NCBI GenBank assembly: GCA_039794845.1
Contig: JAUQVK010000072.1
Location: 1 to 53,571, forward strand
From: Thermostichus sp. DRC_bins_24
GTDB lineage: Bacteria; Cyanobacteriota; Cyanobacteriia; Thermostichales; Thermostichaceae
DNA: 53,571 bases
Reading direction: 5' to 3'
The translations under genes were made by a program, and so were the position numbers. The notes under the pieces are model-generated. The model was given only the letters and a program-made list of their open reading frames with translations. It searched no databases and had not been told where the DNA came from. Position 1 is the stretch's first letter. Every line of letters starts with the position of its first letter. Positions 8,994-18,861 of this stretch are shown in pieces.

Positions 8994-10436
8994 ATGCCAA
9001 AACCCGAAGCTCGCCACCCGACGACAGAAGAGGGGGGCGCTGTTCAAGCAGAGACTCCGCGCAAGGCACCCAACCATTCCCAACCTACTTCTGCCCTGCC
9101 CCATTTGGGTTGCAAACGAACCTGGAACCCCTTTTTCTACACCTTGGGTGGAGCGGGTCTTGTGGCTCTGGTGGGCTGGGCCTTTTGGCCGTCGCCGGTT
9201 CCGGTGGATATGGCGGTGGTGGAACGGGGGTTGTTGCAGGTTACGGTTGAAGCTGAGGGCAGAACTCGTTTGCGTGAACGTTTCGAGATCGCCGCCCCGG
9301 TGGATGGCCGCTTAGAACGGATTCCGGTGCGGGTGGGGGATCCTGTTTCCTCAGGCGACATCGTTGCTCGTATCGATCCCTTACCCTTGGCTTCTCAGGT
9401 ACAGTCGATCCAGGCCCAGATCCAGCAGTTGGAGGCGGAAAAACGGGGGGTAGATACCCAACGCCCCAAAGCGGCCTTACTGGTGCAGGCAGAGGCGTCT
9501 ATCGCGGCTGCTCAAGCTCGCTACCGGCAGACCCTCGCCCAACAAGCCGCAGCTCAGGCCATTTGGGAGCAAGCCCAACGGGAACATCAACGACTTGAGA
9601 ACCTTTTTCAGCAAGGGGCCATTCCCAGACAAGCTCTGGAAGAGGCGGAACTGGCGGAAACCAGCCGTCGTCAGGCCTTAACCGCCCATCAGCAGGAAGT
9701 GGAGCAGGCCCAAGCTGCTATCTTTTCTGCTCAACAGGAATTGCAACTGCTGCAGGCCCAGCAGCGGGATCCCGACTATCTGCTCCAGGTGTACGATGCT
9801 CAAATTCGTTCCTTGCAAGCCGAGTTGGCCAGCCTGGCCGATTCAGCCCAGCGCACCACCATGACGGCTCCGGCGGCAGGGCAGGTGCTGCGGGTGCATC
9901 AAGAGAGCGCCCGTTTTGTCCCGGCGGGTACGCTGCTGGTGGAGATCGGGGATCCCGGCCAGCTGGAGCTGGAGATTGATGTTCTTTCCAGCGATGCGGT
10001 CAGGATTCAACCCGGGGATCCCGTTCAGGTTCGGCAGTGGGGGGGATCCCAGGCGTTACGGGGCAGTGTGCGTACCGTCGAGCCAGCCGCCTTTACCAAA
10101 GTGTCGGCCTTGGGGGTAGAAGAGCAACGGGTCAACATCATCGCCAGTATTGAGTATCCTCCTGTCCGTTTGGGAGATGGCTACCGCATTGAGGCCGAGG
10201 TGATCATCTGGCAGAACGAGGAGGCCTTGAAACTCCCCCTCAGCGCTCTGTTTCGTTGCCAAGATCAGTGGTGTGTTTACGTGGCGGAAGAAGCACGTGC
10301 CCAACAACGGCAGGTGGCTTTGGGCCAGCGCAGCACCACCATGGCAGAGGTTTTGCAGGGCCTGGAAGCCGGCGAAACGGTGATCCTCTACCCCTCCGAT
10401 CACGTTCAGCCTGGGCGACGGATCCAACCTCGCTGA
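8994..10436 (+). CDS. Efflux membrane-fusion (periplasmic adaptor, HlyD/MacA family) protein
   Basis: N-terminal TM, lipoyl half-motifs 'APVDGRL...VGDPV' and 'APAAGQV', coiled-coil hairpin, 'KVSALGVEEQRV'. Confidence 0.92.
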   Translation: MPKPEARHPTTEEGGAVQAETPRKAPNHSQPTSALPHLGCKRTWNPFFYTLGGAGLVALVGWAFWPSPVPVDMAVVERGLLQVTVEAEGRTRLRERFEIAAPVDGRLERIPVRVGDPVSSGDIVARIDPLPLASQVQSIQAQIQQLEAEKRGVDTQRPKAALLVQAEASIAAAQARYRQTLAQQAAAQAIWEQAQREHQRLENLFQQGAIPRQALEEAELAETSRRQALTAHQQEVEQAQAAIFSAQQELQLLQAQQRDPDYLLQVYDAQIRSLQAELASLADSAQRTTMTAPAAGQVLRVHQESARFVPAGTLLVEIGDPGQLELEIDVLSSDAVRIQPGDPVQVRQWGGSQALRGSVRTVEPAAFTKVSALGVEEQRVNIIASIEYPPVRLGDGYRIEAEVIIWQNEEALKLPLSALFRCQDQWCVYVAEEARAQQRQVALGQRSTTMAEVLQGLEAGETVILYPSDHVQPGRRIQPR

Positions 10437-10561
10437 AGAAGAGCTAGGACGTGTGGACCTTGTGAGGAATGAGTCGATGGGTTGCAGAGAAGGCCGGCAT
10501 GAGGAGGGGAATCGGGAATTGTCAATACCCCTCGGCCCTCACCGTTGAGCCCTCAAACCCG

Positions 10562-10801
10562 TTACTCGTCCCCGATAATCTCGGGCGCGGTTAACTCATC
10601 CGACATTTCGATCACCGCACGGCGGATCGGCTTCATCCAGCCATCGTCTATATCGTCGGGATTCTCGTAGCGGCGTTGCTTGGCGCGGTTGGCCACCTGT
10701 ACGGTAATGCGATAGCGATTTTTGGAAGCATTAATCAAATCTTCCACCCGACGCATCAGCTCGTCGTTGTCGATGCCAAGGTGACGGTTGCGCAGGGCCA
10801 T
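10562..10801 (-). CDS. rpoZ: RNA polymerase omega subunit
   Basis: '[19 protein letters not shown]...[13 protein letters not shown]' (cyanobacterial RpoZ); 79 aa from ATG 10801. Confidence 0.93.
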   Translation of the reverse strand: MALRNRHLGIDNDELMRRVEDLINASKNRYRITVQVANRAKQRRYENPDDIDDGWMKPIRRAVIEMSDELTAPEIIGDE

Positions 10802-10881
10802 GGGCAGACTCTCATCCGAAAAGGGATCCCGATTGTAGCAAAGACCCCTCGAGTTCTGACACAGGTATCTGTGTGGGGGAA

Positions 10882-11793
10882 TCAGCGTCCTGTCGATTTG
10901 CGCACCGCGATCAAACTGCTGGTGGTGCCCAGCGAAACCCCCATCCCCAACAGTGCTAATGGCAAGAACCAGAACTCTGACCGGTTCGGATCCGCTTGCA
11001 TCACCTTCAAAAACGGGAAAGCAATCAACTTCTCCAACAGCTCCTGCAACAGTTGCTGGGATCCCAATACCAATCCCCAGGCCCCCACCGCGCTGATCAC
11101 CCCAAACAGACATCCCTGCAAAATAAAGGGCAGATAGATCCAGGCTGCCGTCGCCCCCACCAGCTGCATCACCTCGATTTCGCGGCGACGGGCCATGACA
11201 ATTAAACGAATCGTCGTGGTAATCACCGCCACCGCTGTCAGGGCCAACACCCCCGTGATTCCCAGGGATCCCAGGCGCAGCATGTCCTGGATTTGCGCCA
11301 GTTGTTCGACCACACGGTCACCGTAGTACACCTCATCAACCCCCTCCAGTTGGCGAATTTGGGCCGCCACCTCCCCAAGCACCTCGGCAGAATCCGCCTT
11401 AACCCGCAGCGCATCCACCAGAGGGTTATCCCCCAATTGTGTTTCGATAGCGGCCTCGTCCTGAATGCCCATATCCAGGAGCAGAGAGCGCCAGGCCTGA
11501 TCTTTGGTGATCACCTTCACTTCTGCCACATGGGGCAGTTGGGTGACCTGAGGCTGCAAATCCACCCCTTGCCGTTCCGGCTCCAAATAGGCGGAGATTT
11601 CCAGTTGCCCCCCAAGGGACTGCACCGTGGCATCAACCCCCCAAGACAGCTCAATGCTGATCCCCACCAAAAACAGCAACACCAACAAAGTGCTCACGGC
11701 AGCCCAATTCAACCAGCCCCCGCGCCGCAACCCCAAAAAGGTCTCCTGAAGCAGGTAACGGGTTTTGTTGAGAAATCGAGAGAGAGATTGCAT
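10882..11793 (-). CDS. ftsX: Cell division permease FtsX
   Basis: '[23 protein letters not shown]', four TM helices, downstream of ftsE. Confidence 0.9.
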   Translation of the reverse strand: MQSLSRFLNKTRYLLQETFLGLRRGGWLNWAAVSTLLVLLFLVGISIELSWGVDATVQSLGGQLEISAYLEPERQGVDLQPQVTQLPHVAEVKVITKDQAWRSLLLDMGIQDEAAIETQLGDNPLVDALRVKADSAEVLGEVAAQIRQLEGVDEVYYGDRVVEQLAQIQDMLRLGSLGITGVLALTAVAVITTTIRLIVMARRREIEVMQLVGATAAWIYLPFILQGCLFGVISAVGAWGLVLGSQQLLQELLEKLIAFPFLKVMQADPNRSEFWFLPLALLGMGVSLGTTSSLIAVRKSTGR

Positions 11794-11893
11794 CCGAATT
11801 CACCGCCCCAATGCCGGCACCCAAAATCAGATTCGCTCTTACCGCCCAAGGTGCAAAGCACCACCAGATCAACCAGATCAAGTATGGGATCCC

Positions 11894-12730
11894 TCAGCGC
11901 ATATCATACAAATGTCCTCCCTCCACCCGCACCACCCGGTGCCCGGCCCGTTCCACCAAGTAGGGGTCGTGGCTGGTCATCATAATCGTCACTCCAAAGG
12001 AATTGAGCCGTTCCAGGATTTGCAGCACCAACAGGGAGTTTTCCGGATCCAAATTCCCCGTGGGTTCATCCGCCAGCAACAAAACCGGCATATTGACAAT
12101 AGCCCGGGCCAAGCTAAGGCGCTGCTGTTCTCCCCCGGAAAGCTCATGGGGGAAGCGATCCCGCTTTTCCGTCAGACCCACCATTTTGAGGGTAGGCCCG
12201 ATACGACGGCGAATCTCGGCGGGAGACAGCCCCTGGGCTCGCAGCACAAAGGCGACATTTTCCCCCAGAGTGCGGTTGGCCAGAAGGCGGTAGTCTTGAA
12301 ACACCACCCCTAAGCGCCGCCGCAACATCGCCAAAGGCCGCGGTGGGATACGATAGGGACGACGCCCTTCCGTGGAAAACAGGCATACCTGATCCACCGT
12401 GACGGTGCCTTGGGTGGCCTGTTCGGCCCCGTAGAGCAACCGCAGCAGGGTGGACTTGCCTGCGCCCGATACCCCTGTTACAAAGACAAACTCGCCGGGG
12501 CGTACCTCCAAATTCACATCCCGCAATACCAAGTTGCCATTCGGGAACACCTTGCTTACCCCCCGCAGCGACACCATGCTGCTCGCCGCTTGGGGAGCCC
12601 CAAGTTGAGGGCTGCTGTAGAAGCCGAAAGTGGCTTCTGGATCCGCTTGGGTGGAAAAAGTGGGGGTGGGAACTCTACCGGCCCAGGAACTGCGGGAACG
12701 AGGACGATAGCCGACGTGCTGACCAATCAT
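11894..12730 (-). CDS. ftsE: Cell division ATP-binding protein FtsE (start uncertain)
   Basis: GVSGAGKS, 'LRRRLGVVFQDYRLL', [17 protein letters not shown]. Confidence 0.9.
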   Translation of the reverse strand: MIGQHVGYRPRSRSSWAGRVPTPTFSTQADPEATFGFYSSPQLGAPQAASSMVSLRGVSKVFPNGNLVLRDVNLEVRPGEFVFVTGVSGAGKSTLLRLLYGAEQATQGTVTVDQVCLFSTEGRRPYRIPPRPLAMLRRRLGVVFQDYRLLANRTLGENVAFVLRAQGLSPAEIRRRIGPTLKMVGLTEKRDRFPHELSGGEQQRLSLARAIVNMPVLLLADEPTGNLDPENSLLVLQILERLNSFGVTIMMTSHDPYLVERAGHRVVRVEGGHLYDMR

Positions 12731-12774
12731 GGTGAGAGAGCCTAGAGAGAGGAGGACTCGGTGCCGCTGACAGC

Positions 12775-13527
12775 CTAAGAGACCGTCCGGGAAGCGGGAT
12801 CCCACAGCACCCGCCAGGCAAACCTGGGCAAAGCCAACATCCGTCGCCAGCGCCAGGGTTCCTGATAGAGACGATACAACCATTCCAGGTGATGGTCACG
12901 CCACCAGCGGGGAGCCCGTTCTTTTTCTCCGGCCCAAATATCCAAACTGCCCCCCACCCCAATCCAGATCGCTTGGGGCAAAAGACCCCGCCGGGCTCGA
13001 ATCCAAAGCTCCTGACGCGGGGATCCCAGACCCACCAACACCACCTGCGGCTGAAACTCCTGCAGGGCTTGTAAAATCTCTGCCTCTTGTTGCACCGAGA
13101 AGTAGCCGTGGTAACCCCAGAGGGACAACCGGGGGAACTGCGCCTGCCAGTGTTGACACGCCGCTTGATTGACGGCGGGCTTCCCTCCCACCAAGGCCAA
13201 GCGCCACCCTCGCTGGGCCGATAGCTGAATCAAAGACTCTGCCAATTCAATGCCGGGCACCCGTCGCACCGGGATCCGGTGTCGCCGCAAAGCCCACACC
13301 ACCCCCGCACCATCCGGGATCACCAATTCCGCCGTTTGCAGCACTTGGGCAAATTGTTCATTCTGATGGGCCAGCATGACCATTTCCGGATTGCAGGTGA
13401 CCACCTGTACCCCCTGCCCTGCGGTGAGGCGCTCCTCAAGCCAAGCGGTGTACCTTTCCAGGCTGGCCTCCGGCAGGGCAATGTGCAGGTTCACTCCCAA
13501 AATCGAATAGGTCGTTAACGACACCAC
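12775..13527 (-). CDS. WecB/TagA/CpsF family glycosyltransferase
   Basis: 'TCNPEMV', 'IPDGAGVVWA', 'GLGSPRQE', 'GVGGSLD', 'LEWLYRLYQEPWRWRR'. Confidence 0.92.
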   Translation of the reverse strand: MVSLTTYSILGVNLHIALPEASLERYTAWLEERLTAGQGVQVVTCNPEMVMLAHQNEQFAQVLQTAELVIPDGAGVVWALRRHRIPVRRVPGIELAESLIQLSAQRGWRLALVGGKPAVNQAACQHWQAQFPRLSLWGYHGYFSVQQEAEILQALQEFQPQVVLVGLGSPRQELWIRARRGLLPQAIWIGVGGSLDIWAGEKERAPRWWRDHHLEWLYRLYQEPWRWRRMLALPRFAWRVLWDPASRTVS

Positions 13528-13754
13528 TACCCACTGAACGGTTAACGAGCTGTTTGAGCACAGCTTTCATGAACACAGCTTTCAAAATAGCGCAGCGGCA
13601 GCGGTGAGTTGAGGACAACAAACAGAATGAAAAATGACTCCCCCCAGGCATCCGAAGCAGCAAGAACGGCGTATCCCCATCAGACCGGCTCAGGGGAGAG
13701 TCCAGATGTCCCCACGGTTGTTCCGATGCCATTCTTCAGGACAGGAGACTTTCG

Positions 13755-14555
13755 ATGAAGACTTCAAAGACCCCATTGGCTCTGTCACGCCTTGTTGCCG
13801 ATCGCGTCAGCGGGACGGAGTCCGATCGCGTCAGCGGGACGGAGTCCAATCGCGTCAGCGGGACGGAGTCCGATCGCGTCAGCGGGATGGAGTCCAATCG
13901 CGTCAGCGGGATGGAGTCCGATCGCGTCAGCGGGACGGAGTCCTCATGGGATCCCAGCACCTCCCGCCGCAACCTCTTGCTGACGGGTTTGCTAGCGGGC
14001 GTGGGGGGAGCGATCGGGTTGCGGAGCCTGCCCAGTGCTGCCCAATCCAATGCCGATATTGCCATTCTTAACGCTGCCATTGACCTGGAACAACAGGCCA
14101 TCTGGGCCTACAAAACCGCTGCTGGCAAGTTGAGCAGCACCGAGGTCGGTAAAATGGTGTTGGATGTCGCCACCAAGAGCCTTAAGGATCACGAGCAGCA
14201 CCGCGATCTGTTGGTGGGAGCTGTGCGGCAGTTGGGGGGAACACCTTCCCCGGCCCGCGACAGTTACGACCTTTCCACCTACATCGACGACAAAGAAGGC
14301 AATCTCGATTCTGATGCCAACATTGCCAAGCTGGCCCTTGCCCTAGAATTTGATGCAGCCCTGGCCTACAACGATGCCTTCATCCAACTCTCCAACAAAG
14401 ACTTGGTGGCCGCTGCCAGCACCATTGGCCCCAACGAAATTGCCCATGCTACGGCAATCCGAGCCGTGTTCAATAGCCTCGACTCCAGCATTTTGGTGGT
14501 GCCCTCCCCCTTCGTCAGTGCCGATACTCGGGAACGCTGGATTTTGAAGGTGTAG
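13755..14555 (+). CDS. Ferritin-like domain protein with a Tat-type signal and N-terminal octapeptide repeats
   Basis: 'SRRNLLLTGLLAGVGGAIG...SAA' twin-arginine signal; putative metal ligands LEQQA, HEQH, LEFDA, NEIAH. Confidence 0.8.
   Translation: MKTSKTPLALSRLVADRVSGTESDRVSGTESNRVSGTESDRVSGMESNRVSGMESDRVSGTESSWDPSTSRRNLLLTGLLAGVGGAIGLRSLPSAAQSNADIAILNAAIDLEQQAIWAYKTAAGKLSSTEVGKMVLDVATKSLKDHEQHRDLLVGAVRQLGGTPSPARDSYDLSTYIDDKEGNLDSDANIAKLALALEFDAALAYNDAFIQLSNKDLVAAASTIGPNEIAHATAIRAVFNSLDSSILVVPSPFVSADTRERWILKV
13800..13943 (+). repeat. Six tandem 24-bp units RATCGCGTCAGCGGGAYGGAGTCC
   Basis: Read directly; no spacers; encodes (D/N)RVSG(T/M)ES six times. Confidence 0.98.
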
Positions 14556-14620
14556 GGGTATCCTCGGCGATGGTCTTTCGCAGGGATCCTCCACGAGGCT
14601 CATCGCCGTTCAACCGGGTT

Positions 14621-14710
14621 TTACAGCCCTTGCGCGGGTTTTCTACGGTAGGGCCTGTGCTTCCTGTTCTCGCTCCGCGAGGTGCGTAGCACCCTCCCGC
14701 AGGGCTGTAA
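14621..14710. mobile_element. Putative ~90-bp MITE-like element
   Basis: Terminal inverted repeats TTACAGCCCTTGCG ... CGCAGGGCTGTAA; intergenic; no coding capacity. Confidence 0.5.
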
Positions 14711-14752
14711 TGTTCTTGCTTACTGGGTTCTTGCTTACTGGGAGAAAACCCT

Positions 14753-15148
14753 ATGCCTATGACGCGGCGGCTGATGGTGGTGACCGGACTGGGATCCCTG
14801 ATCAATGTGGGGGCGATTTTGGCGCTGGATCGCTGGCGACAGGGCAGCAGCCTTTCTCTGGGGGAGGGGGCAGAATCCAGTTTGGCGGTGGCCGAAGCCG
14901 AAGTGATCATTCGGGGCTTTCAGTACCTACCGGCGGAGGTCACCCTTAAACGGGGGGGCAAGATCACCTTCACCAACGAAGACTCCACCCCCCACACCGC
15001 CACTCCTCTGGAGGGGGCACAATTTGAGGGCACCGGGCGGCTGCGGCGGGGCGAAAGCAAGGGGGTTGCCTTTGAACAGGCTGGGATCCAGGAATACTTC
15101 TGTGATATTCACCCCAGCATGATGGGCCGAGTTATTGTCGTCGAATAA
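14753..15148 (+). CDS. Amicyanin/plastocyanin-like type-1 copper protein
   Basis: 'NEDSTPHTA' His and 'YFCDIHPSM' Cys-His-Met ligand loop; N-terminal 'TRRLM' plus hydrophobic segment. Confidence 0.88.
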   Translation: MPMTRRLMVVTGLGSLINVGAILALDRWRQGSSLSLGEGAESSLAVAEAEVIIRGFQYLPAEVTLKRGGKITFTNEDSTPHTATPLEGAQFEGTGRLRRGESKGVAFEQAGIQEYFCDIHPSMMGRVIVVE

Positions 15149-15158
15149 GGTGCAAGCC

Positions 15159-15686
15159 ATGCAAACGGAAACGCTGGGATCCCCTGCCCCCTTTTGGAAC
15201 ATCTGTCGGCGGGTCTATCTGGTTTGGGCCATTCTCTTGGGGATCGGGTTTGCCGCCACCCAGTTTCATCAGGAGGCCAACATCAATTGGCTGTGGCTGG
15301 TGATTTCGCTGATCGGGTTGGGCTACATGGTGCGGCAGACCAGTTTGCCGGAGTTTCGATCCGCCGGATTGGCCCATCTCTACTTTGTCGGCTTGGTGTG
15401 GACGTTGGTGATCGCCCTGGGCCTGATCTTCTCGGTGCTGCCCTTTATCGGTCGTACCCCTTTGACGGCATTGAGCCAATATCTGGGGGTATTTTGGCTG
15501 TTTCAAATGGGGCTGGGACACTGGTTGAATGGCACCGTGGATCCACCCCGCCGCCCCTACTGGATTACGGGCGGGATCCAGATTTTGGCCGGAATCGTTT
15601 GTCTGGTGTGGGGGTTGGAGCTGCAATTTTTGGTAGCGGGGGGAATCGGGGCTTTGGCCATGCTCCTGCTGATCCCTCTGCATTGA
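15159..15686 (+). CDS. Polytopic membrane protein of unknown function
   Basis: About six hydrophobic segments; closely follows the cupredoxin gene. Confidence 0.7.
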   Translation: MQTETLGSPAPFWNICRRVYLVWAILLGIGFAATQFHQEANINWLWLVISLIGLGYMVRQTSLPEFRSAGLAHLYFVGLVWTLVIALGLIFSVLPFIGRTPLTALSQYLGVFWLFQMGLGHWLNGTVDPPRRPYWITGGIQILAGIVCLVWGLELQFLVAGGIGALAMLLLIPLH

Positions 15687-15720
15687 TCCCGTTACACGCC
15701 GGATCTACGTAGGCCAGAGT

Positions 15721-15999
15721 CTAGCCCTCCTCCTCCCAGCGCACCTGCAACACCTGCCCCAGCACCACCACTTCATCTCCAGAGCGCAACTTGCGCCCCC
15801 GCCGAGTTTCAACTTCCCCATTCACCCGTACTTGCCCCGCCAGGATCAACGGTTTCGCTTGCCCACCCGTAGCCACCACCCCCGCCAACTTGAGAAATTG
15901 ATCCAGCTTGATAAAGGGTGCGCCGGGCTCGGGTGTACCGGGATCCACCGCTTGCGGTTGCTCCACACTCGACCGGGTCTGAGGAGGGTTCGTCATCAT
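15721..15999 (-). CDS. S4-domain RNA-binding protein (YaaA/YbcJ-like)
   Basis: 'IKLDQFLKLAGVVATGGQAK...VNGEVETRRGRKL'. Confidence 0.92.
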   Translation of the reverse strand: MMTNPPQTRSSVEQPQAVDPGTPEPGAPFIKLDQFLKLAGVVATGGQAKPLILAGQVRVNGEVETRRGRKLRSGDEVVVLGQVLQVRWEEEG

Positions 16000-17357
16000 T
16001 TCACCCAGAGGGTTTTGACATTCACAAATTCCAGGATCCCTTCTCGGCTCAGTTCTCGCCCATAGCCGGAGCGCTTAATGCCCCCAAAGGGCAGCCGGGG
16101 ATCCGACTTGACCAAACCGTTGATGAACACCGAGCCAGCCTCCAGTTCTTCCAGCAGTTGTTCCTGCTCGGCAAGATCCGTGGTCCAAGCACTGGCACCT
16201 AAGCCAAAGGGGGTGCTGTTGGCCAAGCGAATCGCAGCCTCCACATCCGGTACCTGAAACACCAAGGCCACCGGCCCAAACACCTCCTGCTGAGCCACCG
16301 GATGCTCGGGGGGAATGTCACTCAAAACGGTGGGCTGATAAAAATTGCCCCCCATCGGGGATCCACCAACTCGTACCTTCGCCCCCGCCTGCACTAGTGC
16401 TTGCACCTGCCCATCCACCTCCCGCACAATGCTGGTGGTGGCCAATGGCCCCACCTCGGTTTGCGGATCGAGGGGATCCCCGACCTTGAGCTGGCGAAAC
16501 CGCTCGGTCATGGCGGCGGTGAACGGTTCGGCAATCGCAGCATGTAGGATAAAGCGCTTGGCGGCGATGCAGGATTGTCCATTGCTGATCAGACGAGCGG
16601 CTACGGCGGTGGATACCGCAGCCTCCAGATCAGCACTGGGCAGAACAATGAAGGGATCGCTGCCCCCCAATTCCAGCACGGTTTTTTTCAGATGCTGACC
16701 GGCCAACCGGGCCAAACTGGAGCCAGCGGCTTCGCTCCCCGTGAGGGCGGCCCCCCGCACCCGTTCATCAGCCACCACTTCCGCCACCTGAGCCGCCCCG
16801 ATCAACAGGGTTTGAAAGGTGCCCGCCGGAAAGCCCGCCTCCAGGAAGATCCTCTCTAGCCTCAAGGCCGATTGGGGCACATTGGAAGCATGCTTGAGCA
16901 GCAGAGTATTGCCCGCCATCAGCGCCGGCGCCGCACAGCGAAACACCTGCCAGAAGGGAAAGTTCCAGGGCATCACCGCCAAAATCACCCCCAGCGGCTG
17001 GTAGCGGATGCCGCTGCGGCTGGCATCACTGGCCATGGGGCGATCTGCCAGAAACCCTTCCGCTGCCTCGGCGTAGTAACGGCAGACCCAGGCGGATTTT
17101 TCCACCTCGGCAATGGCAGAGGCCAGGGTTTTGCCCATCTCTAGGGTAATCAGGCGGCCAAACTCGGCTTTGTGCTCCAGCAAAATCTCTGCCACTCGCT
17201 CCATCCAAGCGGCCCGCTGGGCAAAGGGGATGCGGCGATAGCGTTGAAACTGCTGGTGAGCTTGGGCAATACAGGTCTGAATCTGCTGGGCATCGAACGC
17301 TGGGTAGCGTGCCAATTCTTCCCCCGTGGCGGGGTTAATGCTGACCAGTTGTCCCAT
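15996..17357 (-). CDS. gabD: NAD(P)-dependent succinate-semialdehyde dehydrogenase
   Basis: 'VMPWNFPFWQ', 'LKHAS', 'LELGGSDPF', 'NGQSCIAAKR', 'PFGGIKRSGYGRE'. Confidence 0.88.
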   Translation of the reverse strand: MGQLVSINPATGEELARYPAFDAQQIQTCIAQAHQQFQRYRRIPFAQRAAWMERVAEILLEHKAEFGRLITLEMGKTLASAIAEVEKSAWVCRYYAEAAEGFLADRPMASDASRSGIRYQPLGVILAVMPWNFPFWQVFRCAAPALMAGNTLLLKHASNVPQSALRLERIFLEAGFPAGTFQTLLIGAAQVAEVVADERVRGAALTGSEAAGSSLARLAGQHLKKTVLELGGSDPFIVLPSADLEAAVSTAVAARLISNGQSCIAAKRFILHAAIAEPFTAAMTERFRQLKVGDPLDPQTEVGPLATTSIVREVDGQVQALVQAGAKVRVGGSPMGGNFYQPTVLSDIPPEHPVAQQEVFGPVALVFQVPDVEAAIRLANSTPFGLGASAWTTDLAEQEQLLEELEAGSVFINGLVKSDPRLPFGGIKRSGYGRELSREGILEFVNVKTLWVK

Positions 17358-17432
17358 TTTTAGTGCTCCCTCAACGCCCGTTTCTCCACTCTGGCACTTG
17401 CACTCCGTCTGGAATGGAAAGATTTGTGGAGT

Positions 17433-18695
17433 TCAGGGCCGGGGGCTGTCGTTCGCGCCAACGTGCTCTTGACCCAGAGCGGCGGACATTGGCGGATCCC
17501 CGGCCCAGTACTCGTAGGCGGCCTGCGACAGGCTGGCAATCAGGTCTTCCGCCCTGGGGTCGTTGGGGGTTTCTCGTTTCACCCACACCGCGGCCAAGTA
17601 GCGCCGCCCATTGGGCAAATCCAGGATCCCGGCATCTCCCACCACAGAGCGCAGTGTCCCCGTCTTGTGGGCAATCCGCACCTCTGGGCCCAGGTTGGGT
17701 CGAAAGTAGGACGGCCGTTGGGTGCGCCAGAGAATATCCAAAAAGCGGTCGCGGTTGCGGCGGTTCAGCATTCGCCCCTGTTCCACCTGGCTGAGCAACC
17801 AGACGATATCGCGGGGACTGCTGGTGTTGGTGCCCTCCAGATCCGGCAACCACCAGGAAATTTGGGTGTGTTGCAGCCCCCACTGTCGGAACTTCTGGTT
17901 CAGGGCATCTTGTCCGCCGAGGCGATCGATGATCAGGTTGGTGGCGAAGTTGTCGCTGAGGGTGCTCATCAGGGTGGCCGCTTCCAGGGCCGAAACCTGG
18001 GATCCAAGGGCACGGGTTTGCAACACCCCGGCCCCCCCTCCCTTCAGGTCTTCCCGCAGGGTGAGCATTTCATCCAACTGCACCTGGCCCGTTTCTACCG
18101 CTTGGAAAAAGGCCAAGAGAATCGGGATTTTGATCACGCTGGCGGCAGGAAAAGCCTGATCTGACCGTACCCCGGCAAAGTTGCCGGTTTCCACCTCCCA
18201 AAATAAGGCCCCTGCCGTCAACCCCGGCTGGTCGGCCAAGGTCGCTAAGCGTTCCTGCAAAGCCGGGATCCCTTCTCCCGTAGAAATATCCGTTGGCAAA
18301 GCCGATAGGGGAGATTCCCCAGATTCAGCGAGGCTGGCGGGGGTGAGAGTGCGTTCCGGCAGGGCAGGGGCGGTGGATTGCAGCAGTTGCGATAGCCCCG
18401 CCATGGTCAGCCCCAGAACAACGCTCAGGCTGAGTCCCCGCAGCAACACGCCCCCAAGAGATTGGGAACGACTCAGTCGGCGGGGTTGGGCGGCCCGTTT
18501 GCGCAGACGGGTGATCGCGTTTTGGCGAGAAAGGCGCAGGGGTTGAGGGCGAGAAGCCGGCAGGGGATCTATCGCGGGAGTCGAGTGGGACGCGCTCGCG
18601 GAGAACCCGGAAACGGCCCGACGCTGACGACGCAAGGGATCCCGAGACGACCCTTTGATGGGGCTGCCGCCCTTCCCCTCCCTTGTCCTGGTCAT
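17433..18695 (-). CDS. Class A beta-lactamase-like serine hydrolase (PBP-A-like); start uncertain
   Basis: SxxK (ASVIK), SDN and KTG motifs; TM anchor after a basic N-terminus. Confidence 0.85.
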   Translation of the reverse strand: MTRTREGKGGSPIKGSSRDPLRRQRRAVSGFSASASHSTPAIDPLPASRPQPLRLSRQNAITRLRKRAAQPRRLSRSQSLGGVLLRGLSLSVVLGLTMAGLSQLLQSTAPALPERTLTPASLAESGESPLSALPTDISTGEGIPALQERLATLADQPGLTAGALFWEVETGNFAGVRSDQAFPAASVIKIPILLAFFQAVETGQVQLDEMLTLREDLKGGGAGVLQTRALGSQVSALEAATLMSTLSDNFATNLIIDRLGGQDALNQKFRQWGLQHTQISWWLPDLEGTNTSSPRDIVWLLSQVEQGRMLNRRNRDRFLDILWRTQRPSYFRPNLGPEVRIAHKTGTLRSVVGDAGILDLPNGRRYLAAVWVKRETPNDPRAEDLIASLSQAAYEYWAGDPPMSAALGQEHVGANDSPRP

Positions 18696-18861
18696 GAAAG
18701 TAACCACCTCAACGCAACCTTGCTGAAGCAGCTCCGGCGAGCCTGGTTTAATTAAACACACAGATTCAGGAACGGGGCCTGGCTCAGGAGTGTTCCCTAG
18801 TCTAGACCTTGGCCATCCCCTGTTGACCCTTCGGTTTGTGGGACGGGCAATCAAGATTCTG

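Noticed and set aside
13800..13943. CRISPR array
   Set aside because: Units are contiguous with no unique spacers, lie in frame in a CDS, and no cas genes are in the window.
17433..18695. Acquired antibiotic-resistance beta-lactamase
   Set aside because: Membrane-anchored PBP-A-like family common in cyanobacteria, in a core context with no mobile elements.
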